From NCBI GenBank assembly GCA_963778115.1, contig CAVZSV010000004.1:640001-704000 (forward strand): 64,000 nucleotides of DNA, written 5' to 3'. Position numbers and translations under genes: made by a program. The notes beneath the pieces were generated by a model. It saw only the letters and a program-made list of their open reading frames with translations. It was not told the origin of the DNA and did no database searches. The stretch is from an uncultured delta proteobacterium (GTDB taxonomy: Bacteria; Bdellovibrionota; FAC87; UBA2466). Positions 1 through 9,066 of this stretch are shown here, piece by piece (the first letter of the stretch is position 1; every line of letters starts with the position of its first letter).

Positions 1-168
1 TCCGAGCCAATGGTAGTGGCACTGCTACTTCCTATGGCGCCTGTAATGACCATGCTCTTTCAGTGGATGGATCCGCGCTTACATTTTTCGGGCCTTAGCC
101 TTTTAGGTGTGCTGCTAGTAACACTATTTGGATTAACGGGAACTCTCCAAAAATATGTGAAGAGGTAA
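1..168 (+). CDS. 3' end of a membrane protein, probably a DMT/EamA-type transporter (partial, continues upstream)
   Basis: Frame 1 is open to TAA at 166-168: SEPMVVALLLPMAPVMTMLFQWMDPRLHFSGLSLLGVLLVTLFG..., two hydrophobic helices; abuts the next gene. Confidence 0.55.
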   Translation, partial: SEPMVVALLLPMAPVMTMLFQWMDPRLHFSGLSLLGVLLVTLFGLTGTLQKYVKR

Positions 169-170
169 CT

Positions 171-1466
171 ATGAATAAAGTACGTTCCATCGTCATTGTA
201 GATGGATATTCGTCCGGGGCTCTTTTCCCCGAATATTTTCGGAAAGAAGGAGTCAGTTGCATTCATGTCCAAAGCACCGCCGACATTCCCGCGGTCTATG
301 CCCCGTCTTTCATTCCCAGTAACTTCATCGCCAACATTATCCATAAGGGAAACCTTAAAGAGACCATTGCCGCCATTAATCAGTTTGAACCCGAGCAACT
401 CATTGCCGGTATTGAATCCGGTGTTGAACTTGCTGACGAGTTAAGCGAGGCCATGGGCTATATCACCAATGGAACGGCCCTTAGTCTTGCCCGTCGTGAT
501 AAGTATGAAATGGTAAAGGCGGTACAAAGAGCGGGAGTCAGAACCGCTAAGAGCCATTCTTCTCATTCGCTAGAAGATGTTTTCTCTTGGATTGAAGGCA
601 ATCTCGACTATCCCGTGGTCATTAAGCCTCTGAAAAGTGCCGGAACCGACAACGTCGCTATTTGCCACTCGCCTTCTGAAGTGGAACAAGCTTTCGCTAA
701 TATCTTTGGCCGTACGAACCGTCTCAATCTAACGAACGACGCAGTATTGGTTCAGGAGTTTCTCGCGGGGAAAGAATATATAGTCGACTCTGTGACTTTT
801 AACGGACACACGGAAGTATGCGCTTACCAAGAGTCGAATAAAGTCCCTCACGAAGGTGCCATGGTTTATGAGAACTGCAGGACGATTCCCTTTGATAGCG
901 TGATGGCAAGAACACTCTATCCCTATGTTTGCGAAGTCCTTGCCGCGCTGGCCGTCCAATGGGGCCCCAGCCACATGGAGCTCATTGTGACGCCCCGAGG
1001 CCCTGTCCTAGTTGAAGTCGGAGCAAGGCTGGATGGCTGCCGTGCGCCAGAGCACCTGAGAAAGGCGATTAGCGTAGATCAGTGTGAGCTAACGGTGGAT
1101 TGCTACTTAAATCCCACGACGAGTTTGCAAAGGTGGAAAAACTATCCCTTCAAGGTTCACAAGCATTTGACTCGGGTATTTCTTATCTCAGAAAAGGAAG
1201 GCACCTTTTTGGGATACGGACATAATGAGAGGATTAGACAACTCCCGTCCTTCCTTAAGTTCACATCCTTGTTAACGACTGGATCACAAATCGTAAAGAC
1301 GAGTAACCTTTTCAACACTCCAGGCTACATAGATCTCATTCACGCCGATCCCGCCGTTGTGGAACAGGACTACCGAACCATTCGCCAGTGGGAAAAAGAC
1401 GAACGATTTTACCTCACACAGGAAGAATACAGAGACTGGGATCCTCTCGAGAGGATATCTCGATAG
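171..1466 (+). CDS. ATP-grasp domain protein (L-amino-acid ligase-like)
   Basis: RRDKYEM, YPVVIKPLKSAGT, VLVQEFLAGKEY, HMELIVT and VEVGARLDG motifs. Confidence 0.85.
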   Translation: MNKVRSIVIVDGYSSGALFPEYFRKEGVSCIHVQSTADIPAVYAPSFIPSNFIANIIHKGNLKETIAAINQFEPEQLIAGIESGVELADELSEAMGYITNGTALSLARRDKYEMVKAVQRAGVRTAKSHSSHSLEDVFSWIEGNLDYPVVIKPLKSAGTDNVAICHSPSEVEQAFANIFGRTNRLNLTNDAVLVQEFLAGKEYIVDSVTFNGHTEVCAYQESNKVPHEGAMVYENCRTIPFDSVMARTLYPYVCEVLAALAVQWGPSHMELIVTPRGPVLVEVGARLDGCRAPEHLRKAISVDQCELTVDCYLNPTTSLQRWKNYPFKVHKHLTRVFLISEKEGTFLGYGHNERIRQLPSFLKFTSLLTTGSQIVKTSNLFNTPGYIDLIHADPAVVEQDYRTIRQWEKDERFYLTQEEYRDWDPLERISR

Positions 1467-1639
1467 CGGTGAAATTCGCGTAATTCTTAGCAACAATAAT
1501 AGCTAGTCGATCTAACCTTAGTCACCTAAACCGTTTGTCTACCGTCTCCCTCAAGCAGACGTCATGGGCACAGCGGTTGCATTGTTTGCGCTCGACGTTG
1601 CTCGGACAGGCCGGGCGCATTTTTGTGAAGGAATGTTCG

Positions 1640-2374
1640 ATGAAATCAAAATTTCTCTTGATTGCGTTATTGGCTTTTGCAGCTACTAGCTTGCACGCAG
1701 AAACTGGCGATGGGGCTACCGATACTACCCCGAAACCTACTAAGAAAAAGATTCACGCCACTACGAACGAAGATTCGGCGGATGAAGGCACAACACCGGT
1801 ATCGATATCCGGTTCTAACTACAAACAAGTTCGCTTGGGAATCCTGGGTGGTATGACCGCGGCCAATATGTCCGTCAATAGCTCATCGACAGGTGTCTCT
1901 CAAGTCACAAGCAGCCGAACGGGATTCGGCGGCGGCGCTTACTTAGAGATTCCCTTTACCGAGCATTTCTCCTTAGTTCCACAAATGTTGTATGTTCAAG
2001 AGGGTGGCACTGTAACTTCGGCGGGAAACATCACCTTTAACTACGATACTTTTCAAATCCCGGTTCTAGCCCAATTGAAATGGGGAACCGACCTGTATCG
2101 TTTCGAAGTTTTTGCCGGACCTGCGGCATCCATTGCCGTGAACAAATCGGTCAGCAGTGGTGCCACGGGCGTAACCCCTGGACCTAGCGATCTCCGCGGA
2201 TTTGATATTAACTTTCAGGCTGGAATCGCCGGAGAGTTAACGATTACCCGCTCGATCAATGTGCTGCTCAACGTACGTTACATTCCGGGAGTGTTAGACC
2301 AAGACAAAATCGATGGTCAGAGCACCATCTTTTCGAGCTGGCTGTTCATGACCGGTCTCAGCATCGGTCTATAA
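1640..2374 (+). CDS. Outer-membrane beta-barrel (porin-family) protein
   Basis: Signal peptide MKSKFLLIALLAFAATSLHA; amphipathic strands; C-terminal WLFMTGLSIGL; start moved to ATG 1640. Confidence 0.75.
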   Translation: MKSKFLLIALLAFAATSLHAETGDGATDTTPKPTKKKIHATTNEDSADEGTTPVSISGSNYKQVRLGILGGMTAANMSVNSSSTGVSQVTSSRTGFGGGAYLEIPFTEHFSLVPQMLYVQEGGTVTSAGNITFNYDTFQIPVLAQLKWGTDLYRFEVFAGPAASIAVNKSVSSGATGVTPGPSDLRGFDINFQAGIAGELTITRSINVLLNVRYIPGVLDQDKIDGQSTIFSSWLFMTGLSIGL

Positions 2375-2391
2375 TCTGATTATTTCGTTAA

Positions 2392-2430
2392 GGCCCCTTA
2401 GGATATTGTCCTAAGGGGCTTTTTTTGTTT
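2392..2430 (+). terminator. Intrinsic terminator between convergent genes
   Basis: GCCCCTTAGGA-tattg-TCCTAAGGGGC followed by a T run. Confidence 0.8.
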
Positions 2431-2432
2431 AG

Positions 2433-3050
2433 CTATTTTCTTACGCCGTGGAAAAATCGCTGCGCGTCCTTGGTGGGCCGCAGAATGTCGGCCAGTTGCA
2501 GAGCGGTCTTCATCTGCGAAGTGTTAATGAGAAAGGATTTACTGTCGTCGTCGGCTTTACCTGCCTTTTCGTCCACTTGAAGAACTCCATTGGTATCAGC
2601 GACTATGGTACTGGTTTTCACCGATTCAAAAGGAATCCTAGAAGCTTCGAAATCGGAGTAACGAATGCCTAACGAGGTCAGAACGAAACCGTCGGGCAAC
2701 GGATCATATTGAAAGACGTAGCGACGATTATTTTCGACCCATTCGACTAACACTCGATCGCGAATCCGGCAGGTAAGAACTTCCTTCTGCGTACCTTCGT
2801 CGTCTCGTATATAGCGGCCGATTTCTTTTTTGGTTAACTTGTAATTAGTGACGTCCAAATTGGTAGGTATTGGAGTCAAGTCCGCCACCGTATCGAACTG
2901 ATAGAAATTCCCGGTAAAGCCGGGAATGTCGACACGTATCTCCTCAAAACACAATGGATTGGTATAATCGAAATTCTGACAACTCATCACCAGCAAGAGA
3001 AAGCCAGCTAGAACAAAATTCAACGATAAGCGGGTAATAGAGCACCTCAT
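2433..3050 (-). CDS. Hypothetical lipoprotein
   Basis: Hydrophobic leader ending LLVMSC (lipobox-like); GGAG upstream of ATG 3050. Confidence 0.6.
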   Translation of the reverse strand: MRCSITRLSLNFVLAGFLLLVMSCQNFDYTNPLCFEEIRVDIPGFTGNFYQFDTVADLTPIPTNLDVTNYKLTKKEIGRYIRDDEGTQKEVLTCRIRDRVLVEWVENNRRYVFQYDPLPDGFVLTSLGIRYSDFEASRIPFESVKTSTIVADTNGVLQVDEKAGKADDDSKSFLINTSQMKTALQLADILRPTKDAQRFFHGVRK

Positions 3051-3343
3051 AAGATCTCCTCTTTCGTATAGCCCCATGCATTAGAGAGGCCAGACCGGCG
3101 CTCATCTATTTGGCCTAGAGAAACACTCATTCCCTTGGTTCTTATGCTTTCCAATGCAACAACCTATAGCGCCGCTCCTAAACGATGAGTCAAACTTCAT
3201 CCTTTCGTCTTTTGTCGATTTACCCTCGAGACTTTTTGTCCCTGATGAGGTCCAAACGATCCCTTCTGTTTTGCCCTTCGTGCGTAAGATCTCCGGTCCA
3301 AGCTTTGCACTCAACTTGGGTAAGAGATCTTAAGGAGGCTTCT

Positions 3344-3817
3344 ATGAAAAAAGTTTTAGCAGAAATGACCCGCAAGGTAACTTTTGCCCTAGAGACCGAT
3401 CTTGTCGATCGAGTATGGAATGCGATGAATGCGCTGGGAGTACGGCATGTTCCGGTGACGAGAAACCGAAAGGTGGTAGGCATTCTTTCCGATAGAGACA
3501 TTCTAAAACTTGCTAAAGAGGATCCCGATGGAAGATTGAAAGTTCCCTCTCGTCTAGTGGGGGAAGTAATGACCAAAGATGTTTTTACGTGTCATACGCG
3601 GTCATCGATAGGCGAAGTTGCTAAGATCTTTATCGACAAGAAGATCGACTCTCTTCCAGTGGTTCATGAAGGCGGAGAACTTGTGGGGATAATTACTACG
3701 ACCGATTTGTTGCGGCTACTCTGCGAAATGGAAGGCGAGCTTTTTCGTGAGCTCCCCTTTAAGTGGGATCCCGAGTTATTGGTTACGGACCAATGGCGGC
3801 CGGCGGCAAACAATTAA
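3344..3817 (+). CDS. CBS domain pair protein
   Basis: VRHVPV..VVGILSDRD and IDSLPVV..LVGIITTTD; RBS AAGGAGG before ATG 3344. Confidence 0.9.
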   Translation: MKKVLAEMTRKVTFALETDLVDRVWNAMNALGVRHVPVTRNRKVVGILSDRDILKLAKEDPDGRLKVPSRLVGEVMTKDVFTCHTRSSIGEVAKIFIDKKIDSLPVVHEGGELVGIITTTDLLRLLCEMEGELFRELPFKWDPELLVTDQWRPAANN

Positions 3818-4499
3818 CTCTCTTTGTAAACGTTTCCGAGTGGATCCAAAACTGAAGGTAAAACCGCGACAGACCATAGAAAGTTCCAGCACCCAATAGG
3901 TGCCAGACGGCGTGGCCTTGAAAAAGGCTTTGGGGCGAGCAAAGAATCTTCTCGCTATCGAGCCACCACAATCCAAAAGCGGTTAAGTGGCATGCCAACG
4001 CAAGCCAGAAAAAACGATAGCGACAGGTAAGCCCGGGCTTTCTGGCTTGGAGATAGATCTTCAATTCAAGAAGGAGTGCCAAAAAAAGAAGCACGTTAAA
4101 AATAGTTTCGCCGATGCCTCGCCATCGGAACAAAATAGCCATTCCCAAGACGCTGACCGCGACGGCAAATCTCTCTGAAGTTTTTACGCTAAGAAGACCT
4201 AATCGCTGAAGGTTAAACGCCACAAGACCACCCAGAATGAGATAGATCGATCCTAGATCCAAGACCTCTCCTACATAAGAAGAGGTGGCATGGTAGAAAG
4301 CGGACAAGATCCCTACGAGAACAGAGCCCACGGCAATCACCCTTACTTGGGGAACACGATGATAACGCCCCCATAGCCCGAGCCCTACGATCAAAAAGCC
4401 TATATTAGAGTACGTATTGACCGGTTCCTTGACCCATTCGCAGCGCTGAAACTCGCAAAAGACAAAAGTTGCCGGACTCCAAGATTCATAAGGACACAT
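3783..4499 (-). CDS. Ceramidase-domain (CREST family) membrane hydrolase
   Basis: FCE, EPVNTYSN, SAFYH, HAVWH motifs; about 7 TM segments. Confidence 0.8.
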   Translation of the reverse strand: MCPYESWSPATFVFCEFQRCEWVKEPVNTYSNIGFLIVGLGLWGRYHRVPQVRVIAVGSVLVGILSAFYHATSSYVGEVLDLGSIYLILGGLVAFNLQRLGLLSVKTSERFAVAVSVLGMAILFRWRGIGETIFNVLLFLALLLELKIYLQARKPGLTCRYRFFWLALACHLTAFGLWWLDSEKILCSPQSLFQGHAVWHLLGAGTFYGLSRFYLQFWIHSETFTKRVNCLPPAAIGP

Positions 4500-4574
4500 A
4501 AGGGAACTCTAGTGTAATGACCCCTTGTTCGAAAAGGACGTTCGATCTAGGATGCCGGCCAAAGGGAGTTTTAC

Positions 4575-5042
4575 ATGCGAAGTTTAAGTTCAAGTGTAAA
4601 TTTAAGTTTAATCTTGATTATAATTTCCCACCCCCTGTACGCCGAAACGTCCTTCTACCAAGGCAGACCCTACGGACCAAACGCGACAAAGCCCCCCATG
4701 CCTTCCCCACAAACCCCTGTGCCTACGACATCCGTCGACAAAAATCACCCTCAGACCCACAACTTCATCATTGCCGAGTGTCTGGTCGCAGGGATTGCTC
4801 CCGCTAAAACAGCGATTCCCTGCCCACAGCTCCCCATAATACTGCTCGATCAAGATTCAAAGGAGATTTCCAAAACGCAAGTAGCCCAAGGCTCGTTTTG
4901 GTTCTCGATAAAAGACGACAAACCCTACTATTTTGCCTTGGGAACTAACGACTTTACGATCGTCGACTCCGACTTGGGTCCCTATCATAGAGGGGCTAAG
5001 CCAACGATTACGGTTATCCCTAAGAACACCAAAGCGGAATAA
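4575..5042 (+). CDS. Hypothetical exported protein
   Basis: Signal-like N-terminus, Pro-rich linker, small beta-rich domain. Confidence 0.55.
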   Translation: MRSLSSSVNLSLILIIISHPLYAETSFYQGRPYGPNATKPPMPSPQTPVPTTSVDKNHPQTHNFIIAECLVAGIAPAKTAIPCPQLPIILLDQDSKEISKTQVAQGSFWFSIKDDKPYYFALGTNDFTIVDSDLGPYHRGAKPTITVIPKNTKAE

Positions 5043-5056
5043 ACATTGGAGCTTAG

Positions 5057-5749
5057 TTAAAATTGCGGAACTGGATTTCGACGAGACCACAGGGAACGCT
5101 TTGGGTATCGTTTATGTTCTGCGACCGGCGCAAATACACGTTTACGTGGATCAAAAAGATGCACTCTAGCGGTCTCGATATCAAACCACGCCCCCAGGAG
5201 AGAGATTTTGCCTTGAGCGAGACCGACTCTCACCATGTGGTAAGTCTTTAGATGGTCCAATTGGGTCACGACATTGGCTTGCGATAGCCGGTCTACTCCA
5301 GAGAGTTTTTCATCGAATTTCATTTGCGGCAAAAGCTTATGGGCCGCTTCGGCATGGCTTAACCAGGAGAAAAGATTCGGATTCGAGGCTTTTACTTTCT
5401 CCCGCCCTTCGTGCGCCGCTTTCATCGCACCACATTGGGAATGTCCCATCACGACTAACTGAGGGATCTCAAGAACGTTAACCGCATATTCGATGGCCGA
5501 TGCCTCACTCACATCTCCCACCGAAAGGCCGTCCTCGGTGCAAGGAGGGACGAGGTTTCCTACGTTGCGGACCGTAAAGACCTCGCCAGGCCCCATGGAA
5601 ATGACCAAGTTTGGAAGAACACGACTGTCCGAACAGCTAAAGATGAGGAACTGTGGCTTTTGTCCCCTGCTAAGTTTTCGGTAAAGAGAAGCAAGGCCGG
5701 GAAACCAATGTTCTCGAAAATTAAGAAAACCTCGAATCAGACGTTCCAT
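5057..5749 (-). CDS. can: Beta-class carbonic anhydrase
   Basis: CSDSRV, GEVFTVRNVGN and MGHSQCGAM zinc-ligand motifs. Confidence 0.92.
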   Translation of the reverse strand: MERLIRGFLNFREHWFPGLASLYRKLSRGQKPQFLIFSCSDSRVLPNLVISMGPGEVFTVRNVGNLVPPCTEDGLSVGDVSEASAIEYAVNVLEIPQLVVMGHSQCGAMKAAHEGREKVKASNPNLFSWLSHAEAAHKLLPQMKFDEKLSGVDRLSQANVVTQLDHLKTYHMVRVGLAQGKISLLGAWFDIETARVHLFDPRKRVFAPVAEHKRYPKRSLWSRRNPVPQF

Positions 5750-5824
5750 TAGACGGTTTTCGCACAACTGCCAACCTTTCACAACGATTTGACAGATGGG
5801 CTAGCGCCTATAGATCCTTCTCCC

Positions 5825-6616
5825 ATGTCTCGTTACGACCGAAGAGCCTGGTACAAACACCTGATTACTTTCAAAGGATCGGTGCTTCCCCAGATTTTCC
5901 CCCGGACATTATTTCTAATGGCGGTGGCCTGCGCCGAGACCTGGCTTATCTTATGGGAACATATTGCGCCTCTTCCTTTGACTCCGTTTACCGTAGTCGG
6001 CGTCGCCTTAGGCCTGTTGCTTACTCTTCGCACTAACGCCAGCTACGATCGCTTTTGGGAAGGACGAAAGGCCTGGGGAATGATAGTCAATCGCTCGAGA
6101 AATCTCTCTCGCCAACTTGCGGCACTCTTCTCGTCGACGGAAATCCGAAAATCCTTTGCAACCCTTATCACTGCCTTCTCCGAGAACTCTAAAAGACAGC
6201 TTTGGGGAGAGACCACTTCCGGCAATCCGCTTTTGCAACTAAGCCAAGAATTTGAAAGCGCTCGAAAGGCGGGAATTCTAGACTCGATGGATCTTATTCG
6301 ACTAGAGGCCGATCTAGCGGTTCTTATCGATCAGATAGGAATTTGCGAGCGCATTCAGCGGACACCAATTCCTATCGGGTATGTGCTCCATATGCACCGT
6401 TTCTTGGTGGTTTTTTGTCTAACCCTTCCGCTGGCACTTGCTCAGGATTTGCAGTGGGTAACGCCCTTGGCCGTGGGTTTCATGGGGTATGCTTTCTTGG
6501 GAATTGAGCAGATTGGGGTTGAGATTGAGGATCCGTTTGAGAGGACACCGAATGATTTGGATTTGGAGGGGATTACGAGAAGGATCAGGGAGGATGTGGA
6601 GGGGATATTGAGGTAG
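5825..6616 (+). CDS. Bestrophin-family ion channel (YneE-like)
   Basis: LRTNASYDRFWEGRKAWG, CERIQRTPIP, IEDPF motifs. Confidence 0.92.
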   Translation: MSRYDRRAWYKHLITFKGSVLPQIFPRTLFLMAVACAETWLILWEHIAPLPLTPFTVVGVALGLLLTLRTNASYDRFWEGRKAWGMIVNRSRNLSRQLAALFSSTEIRKSFATLITAFSENSKRQLWGETTSGNPLLQLSQEFESARKAGILDSMDLIRLEADLAVLIDQIGICERIQRTPIPIGYVLHMHRFLVVFCLTLPLALAQDLQWVTPLAVGFMGYAFLGIEQIGVEIEDPFERTPNDLDLEGITRRIREDVEGILR

Positions 6617-6660
6617 GGGAGTGAGGAGCTTGTGCGTACGGGCTTCGATCTGGTAGAAGG

Positions 6661-6692
6661 TTAAGGGTTAATCCTTAAGGATTAATCGTTAA
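6661..6692. repeat. TTAA-periodic quasi-palindrome upstream of ssrA; related copies at 7089-7120 and 18751-18779
   Basis: TTAAGGGTTAATCCTTAAGGATTAATCGTTAA matches the reverse complement of 7089-7120 at 29/32 positions. Confidence 0.8.
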
Positions 6693-6703
6693 TAGATATA
6701 CCC

Positions 6704-7060
6704 GGGGGTGACCAGGCTTCGACGTGGGTGCTGAAGCTTGAAATCGCATGCCGAGTTTGCCGCTGACTCGTAAAAAAGGCGACACCATTGTAAACGACAA
6801 TAACGTAACAATGGCCTACGCTGCTTAATAAAAAGTAGCGCGCTTCCGGAGGTTCCTCCCACGGGCTTTTGGTAGTGTCATTTAAGATGGGATCGGATGG
6901 TGCTGGAATCTCAGCGGCATCATCTTAAAAAACTCTGGGGTTAGTCCACGGATAGCCCCGCTCATTGGGTAGTCCATGGGCGAAACTAAAATAGTGAGAC
7001 AAGCATGTAGTGATTTCAGTGGATCACTTGCGGACGGGGGTTCGATTCCCCCCACCTCCA
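6704..7060 (+). ncRNA. ssrA: tmRNA; tag frame 6790-6828 reads (A)VNDNNVTMAYAA; CCA not encoded
   Basis: 5' GGGGGTG pairs with 3' CACCTCC-A including the G3:U alanine wobble; GGCTTCGAC 5' motif; T arm GGGGG-TTCGATT-CCCCC; tag ends YAA then TAA TAA; 357 nt. Confidence 0.96.
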
Positions 7061-7200
7061 TACAAATCGCCGAAGGCGATTTGTATCCTTACCGATTAAG
7101 CCTTAAGGATTAATCCTTAATCCTTTCAGCGGCGTAGCCGCTCTGATGGTTCCCCGATTTTTTCGATTTCCCGCTCCCATTTCCCCGAGTTTCTCGATTT

Positions 7201-7234
7201 GGAGCGTGAAAAGAGCGTGAATTTTTCACGCTCC
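7201..7234. repeat. Arm-type-like repeats, islet 1 left end (two direct, one inverted)
   Basis: GGAGCGTGAAAA-GAGCGTGAA-T-TTTTCACGCTCC. Confidence 0.75.
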
Positions 7235-7388
7235 GTCGTTCAAACTAACTTCTCGCCGTACTCCTCGCTTAAGAAACCCAAGGCTAAATTCCCTCTTTTT
7301 AATCATCCCTGGCCGTTTTCGGACCCTGGTGGTGAGACCCATTCCCCCCACCACTTCCATAGAAAAGAGCCTCCGGTCGAGAACCCAC

Positions 7389-7417
7389 TTGAAACCAAAA
7401 TGTAACTCAGTTACAAT
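7389..7417 (+). promoter_or_regulatory. Sigma70-like promoter with palindromic operator for the TA operon
   Basis: TTGAAA-17 nt-TACAAT; palindrome TGTAACT-C-AGTTACA at 7401-7415; ATG at 7424. Confidence 0.7.
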
Positions 7418-7423
7418 CCACAA

Positions 7424-7732
7424 ATGGATAGGCCACCCAAGATCAGCAACCTGATGGAGACTATCCGTAAGTGCGTCGAGCAGGGCAGATATCTTGATAC
7501 TCGGCACGCCACCCAAAGGCAGGCCGAGCGAAACGTTACCCGCCCCGAATATCTCCATGCACTTTTGAACGGATATCACGAGAAGCGCAAAGATAAGTTC
7601 GAGGAGGCCTACAACACCTGGAACTATTCCGTACGCGGCAAAACTATCGATGCACGTGCTCTGAGGATCGTTGTTTCCTTCGATGAGAACAACATGCTCA
7701 TCATTACAGCGATCGATTTGAGCAAGACTTAA
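7424..7732 (+). CDS. DUF4258-like putative RNase toxin
   Basis: TRHATQRQAERNVT...LRIVVSF..LIITAI pattern; directly upstream of an HTH gene. Confidence 0.75.
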   Translation: MDRPPKISNLMETIRKCVEQGRYLDTRHATQRQAERNVTRPEYLHALLNGYHEKRKDKFEEAYNTWNYSVRGKTIDARALRIVVSFDENNMLIITAIDLSKT

Positions 7733-7735
7733 AGG

Positions 7736-8191
7736 ATGGTTATGGAGCGGAAAATTCAAAAGCAGTTTGTTGATGAGGGCTTTGGCTTCAAGGTCCGTCT
7801 CTGGAACGTCCCCATGATCAAAGTCCGCGGAGCTTGGACTCCAGAGATCAACTACAACGAACTCGCCAAAGTAGTGCTTCTGGCTCTTTGTCACAAGCCA
7901 GCGCGGCTCACTGGTGCCGAGGTTCGCTTTGTCCGCCAGCAGCTCGAGATGACTTTGCAGGCTTTCGCCGGGCGATTCTGCGTCACCCACGTTGCAGTGA
8001 TTAAGTGGGAAAAAACAGGCAATAAGAACACCTCAATGGCTTGGACGACTGAGAAGGATCTGCGGTTATTCATCCTTTCAAAGTTCGACCCAAAAGCGAC
8101 GGAGATCGCGAAACTCTACACCGAGCTGGAAAAGGAACGCGCAGAAAGCGGTCCTTCGGTGGAAGTAGATGCCAAAAAGATGGTCGCTTAG
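7736..8191 (+). CDS. XRE/MqsA-like HTH antitoxin
   Basis: LTGAEVRFVRQQLEMTLQAFAGRFCVTHVAVIKWE helix-turn-helix. Confidence 0.8.
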   Translation: MVMERKIQKQFVDEGFGFKVRLWNVPMIKVRGAWTPEINYNELAKVVLLALCHKPARLTGAEVRFVRQQLEMTLQAFAGRFCVTHVAVIKWEKTGNKNTSMAWTTEKDLRLFILSKFDPKATEIAKLYTELEKERAESGPSVEVDAKKMVA

Positions 8192-8205
8192 TTTCGGGAG
8201 GGGAT

Positions 8206-8814
8206 TTGAACATTACACTCGAGTACCTTAAGCTGTTTCTGGCCTGGCCGCCGATAACACTGGCTTCCGTCATCTTCGTCTCTCTTCTTTTCAAGAAACC
8301 TTTATCGCAATGGCTCTCAAACCTAAAAATAAAATATGGTGGGGCGGAAGTTTCTTCTCTGTTTCAGCAGCGAAGTGAGCCTGTAGAGACGAAAACTCCC
8401 ACTACCGAAACCGCGCAAAATGCCGCACTGACCCGGGCTGACGAAAAACAGGCGGACGCATCGATCGAACTACCTAAAGAGAACGAGGCTTTAAAAGAAC
8501 TCGTTCAACAATATCGGGCCGGAGCTTATATTTGGGAGTACCGATACCTAAATCTTTTCCTCGTATACAATTCCAAGCGGGTCCTGACTTGGTTGGTCGA
8601 CTATGGAAAAGCGATTTCCATTGAAGTCGCCGCCGGTATTTGGAGCAATCAACTACCGACAGATCAACGGGATATAATCGTAGAAGTCCTTCGCAGTCAT
8701 TCCTTGATCATAGTCGATATAAAACAAGGAACCCTGGAGGCGACACCGAAGGGTAAGGAGTTTGTTGATTTTATCGGGCGGGTTCCGGTAGGGAACTTGG
8801 TCTCTCCGGCTTAG
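8206..8814 (+). CDS. Hypothetical protein with N-terminal TM segment and probable C-terminal winged helix
   Basis: AWPPITLASVIFVSLLFKK; C-terminal ..ATPKGKEFV pattern. Confidence 0.65.
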   Translation: MNITLEYLKLFLAWPPITLASVIFVSLLFKKPLSQWLSNLKIKYGGAEVSSLFQQRSEPVETKTPTTETAQNAALTRADEKQADASIELPKENEALKELVQQYRAGAYIWEYRYLNLFLVYNSKRVLTWLVDYGKAISIEVAAGIWSNQLPTDQRDIIVEVLRSHSLIIVDIKQGTLEATPKGKEFVDFIGRVPVGNLVSPA

Positions 8815-9041
8815 GCAGATTGCCTTTTTTTGGAAAACAGCGAGTCGAAACGTGAAACTAGGTGATGCCCATAATTTCCAAAAAATCGAGATTTCGTGTC
8901 CCATCGATGTATAAACTCCTCTGAATCATTTCCATTCCATAACTCGGGAATTGAAGCGAACCGAACGGCTTGCTCTGTGACAATATAAGGCCAGTAGGAT
9001 TTTGTGAAAGGAATGCATTTATAGAGGAGGTTTGGTGCCAT
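8811..9041 (-). pseudogene. Possible truncated DUF2971-like N-terminal remnant
   Basis: LLYKCIP...VRFAS..WNGND start; a slip in the A7 run would continue as KAICLS into the convergent gene. Confidence 0.3.
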
Positions 9042-9066
9042 AGACTCTCAGCAAAACGAATGAAAT

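Noticed and set aside
7226..7990. 254-aa minus-strand ORF
   Set aside because: Antisense shadow of the TA pair that also runs through the non-coding arm repeats.
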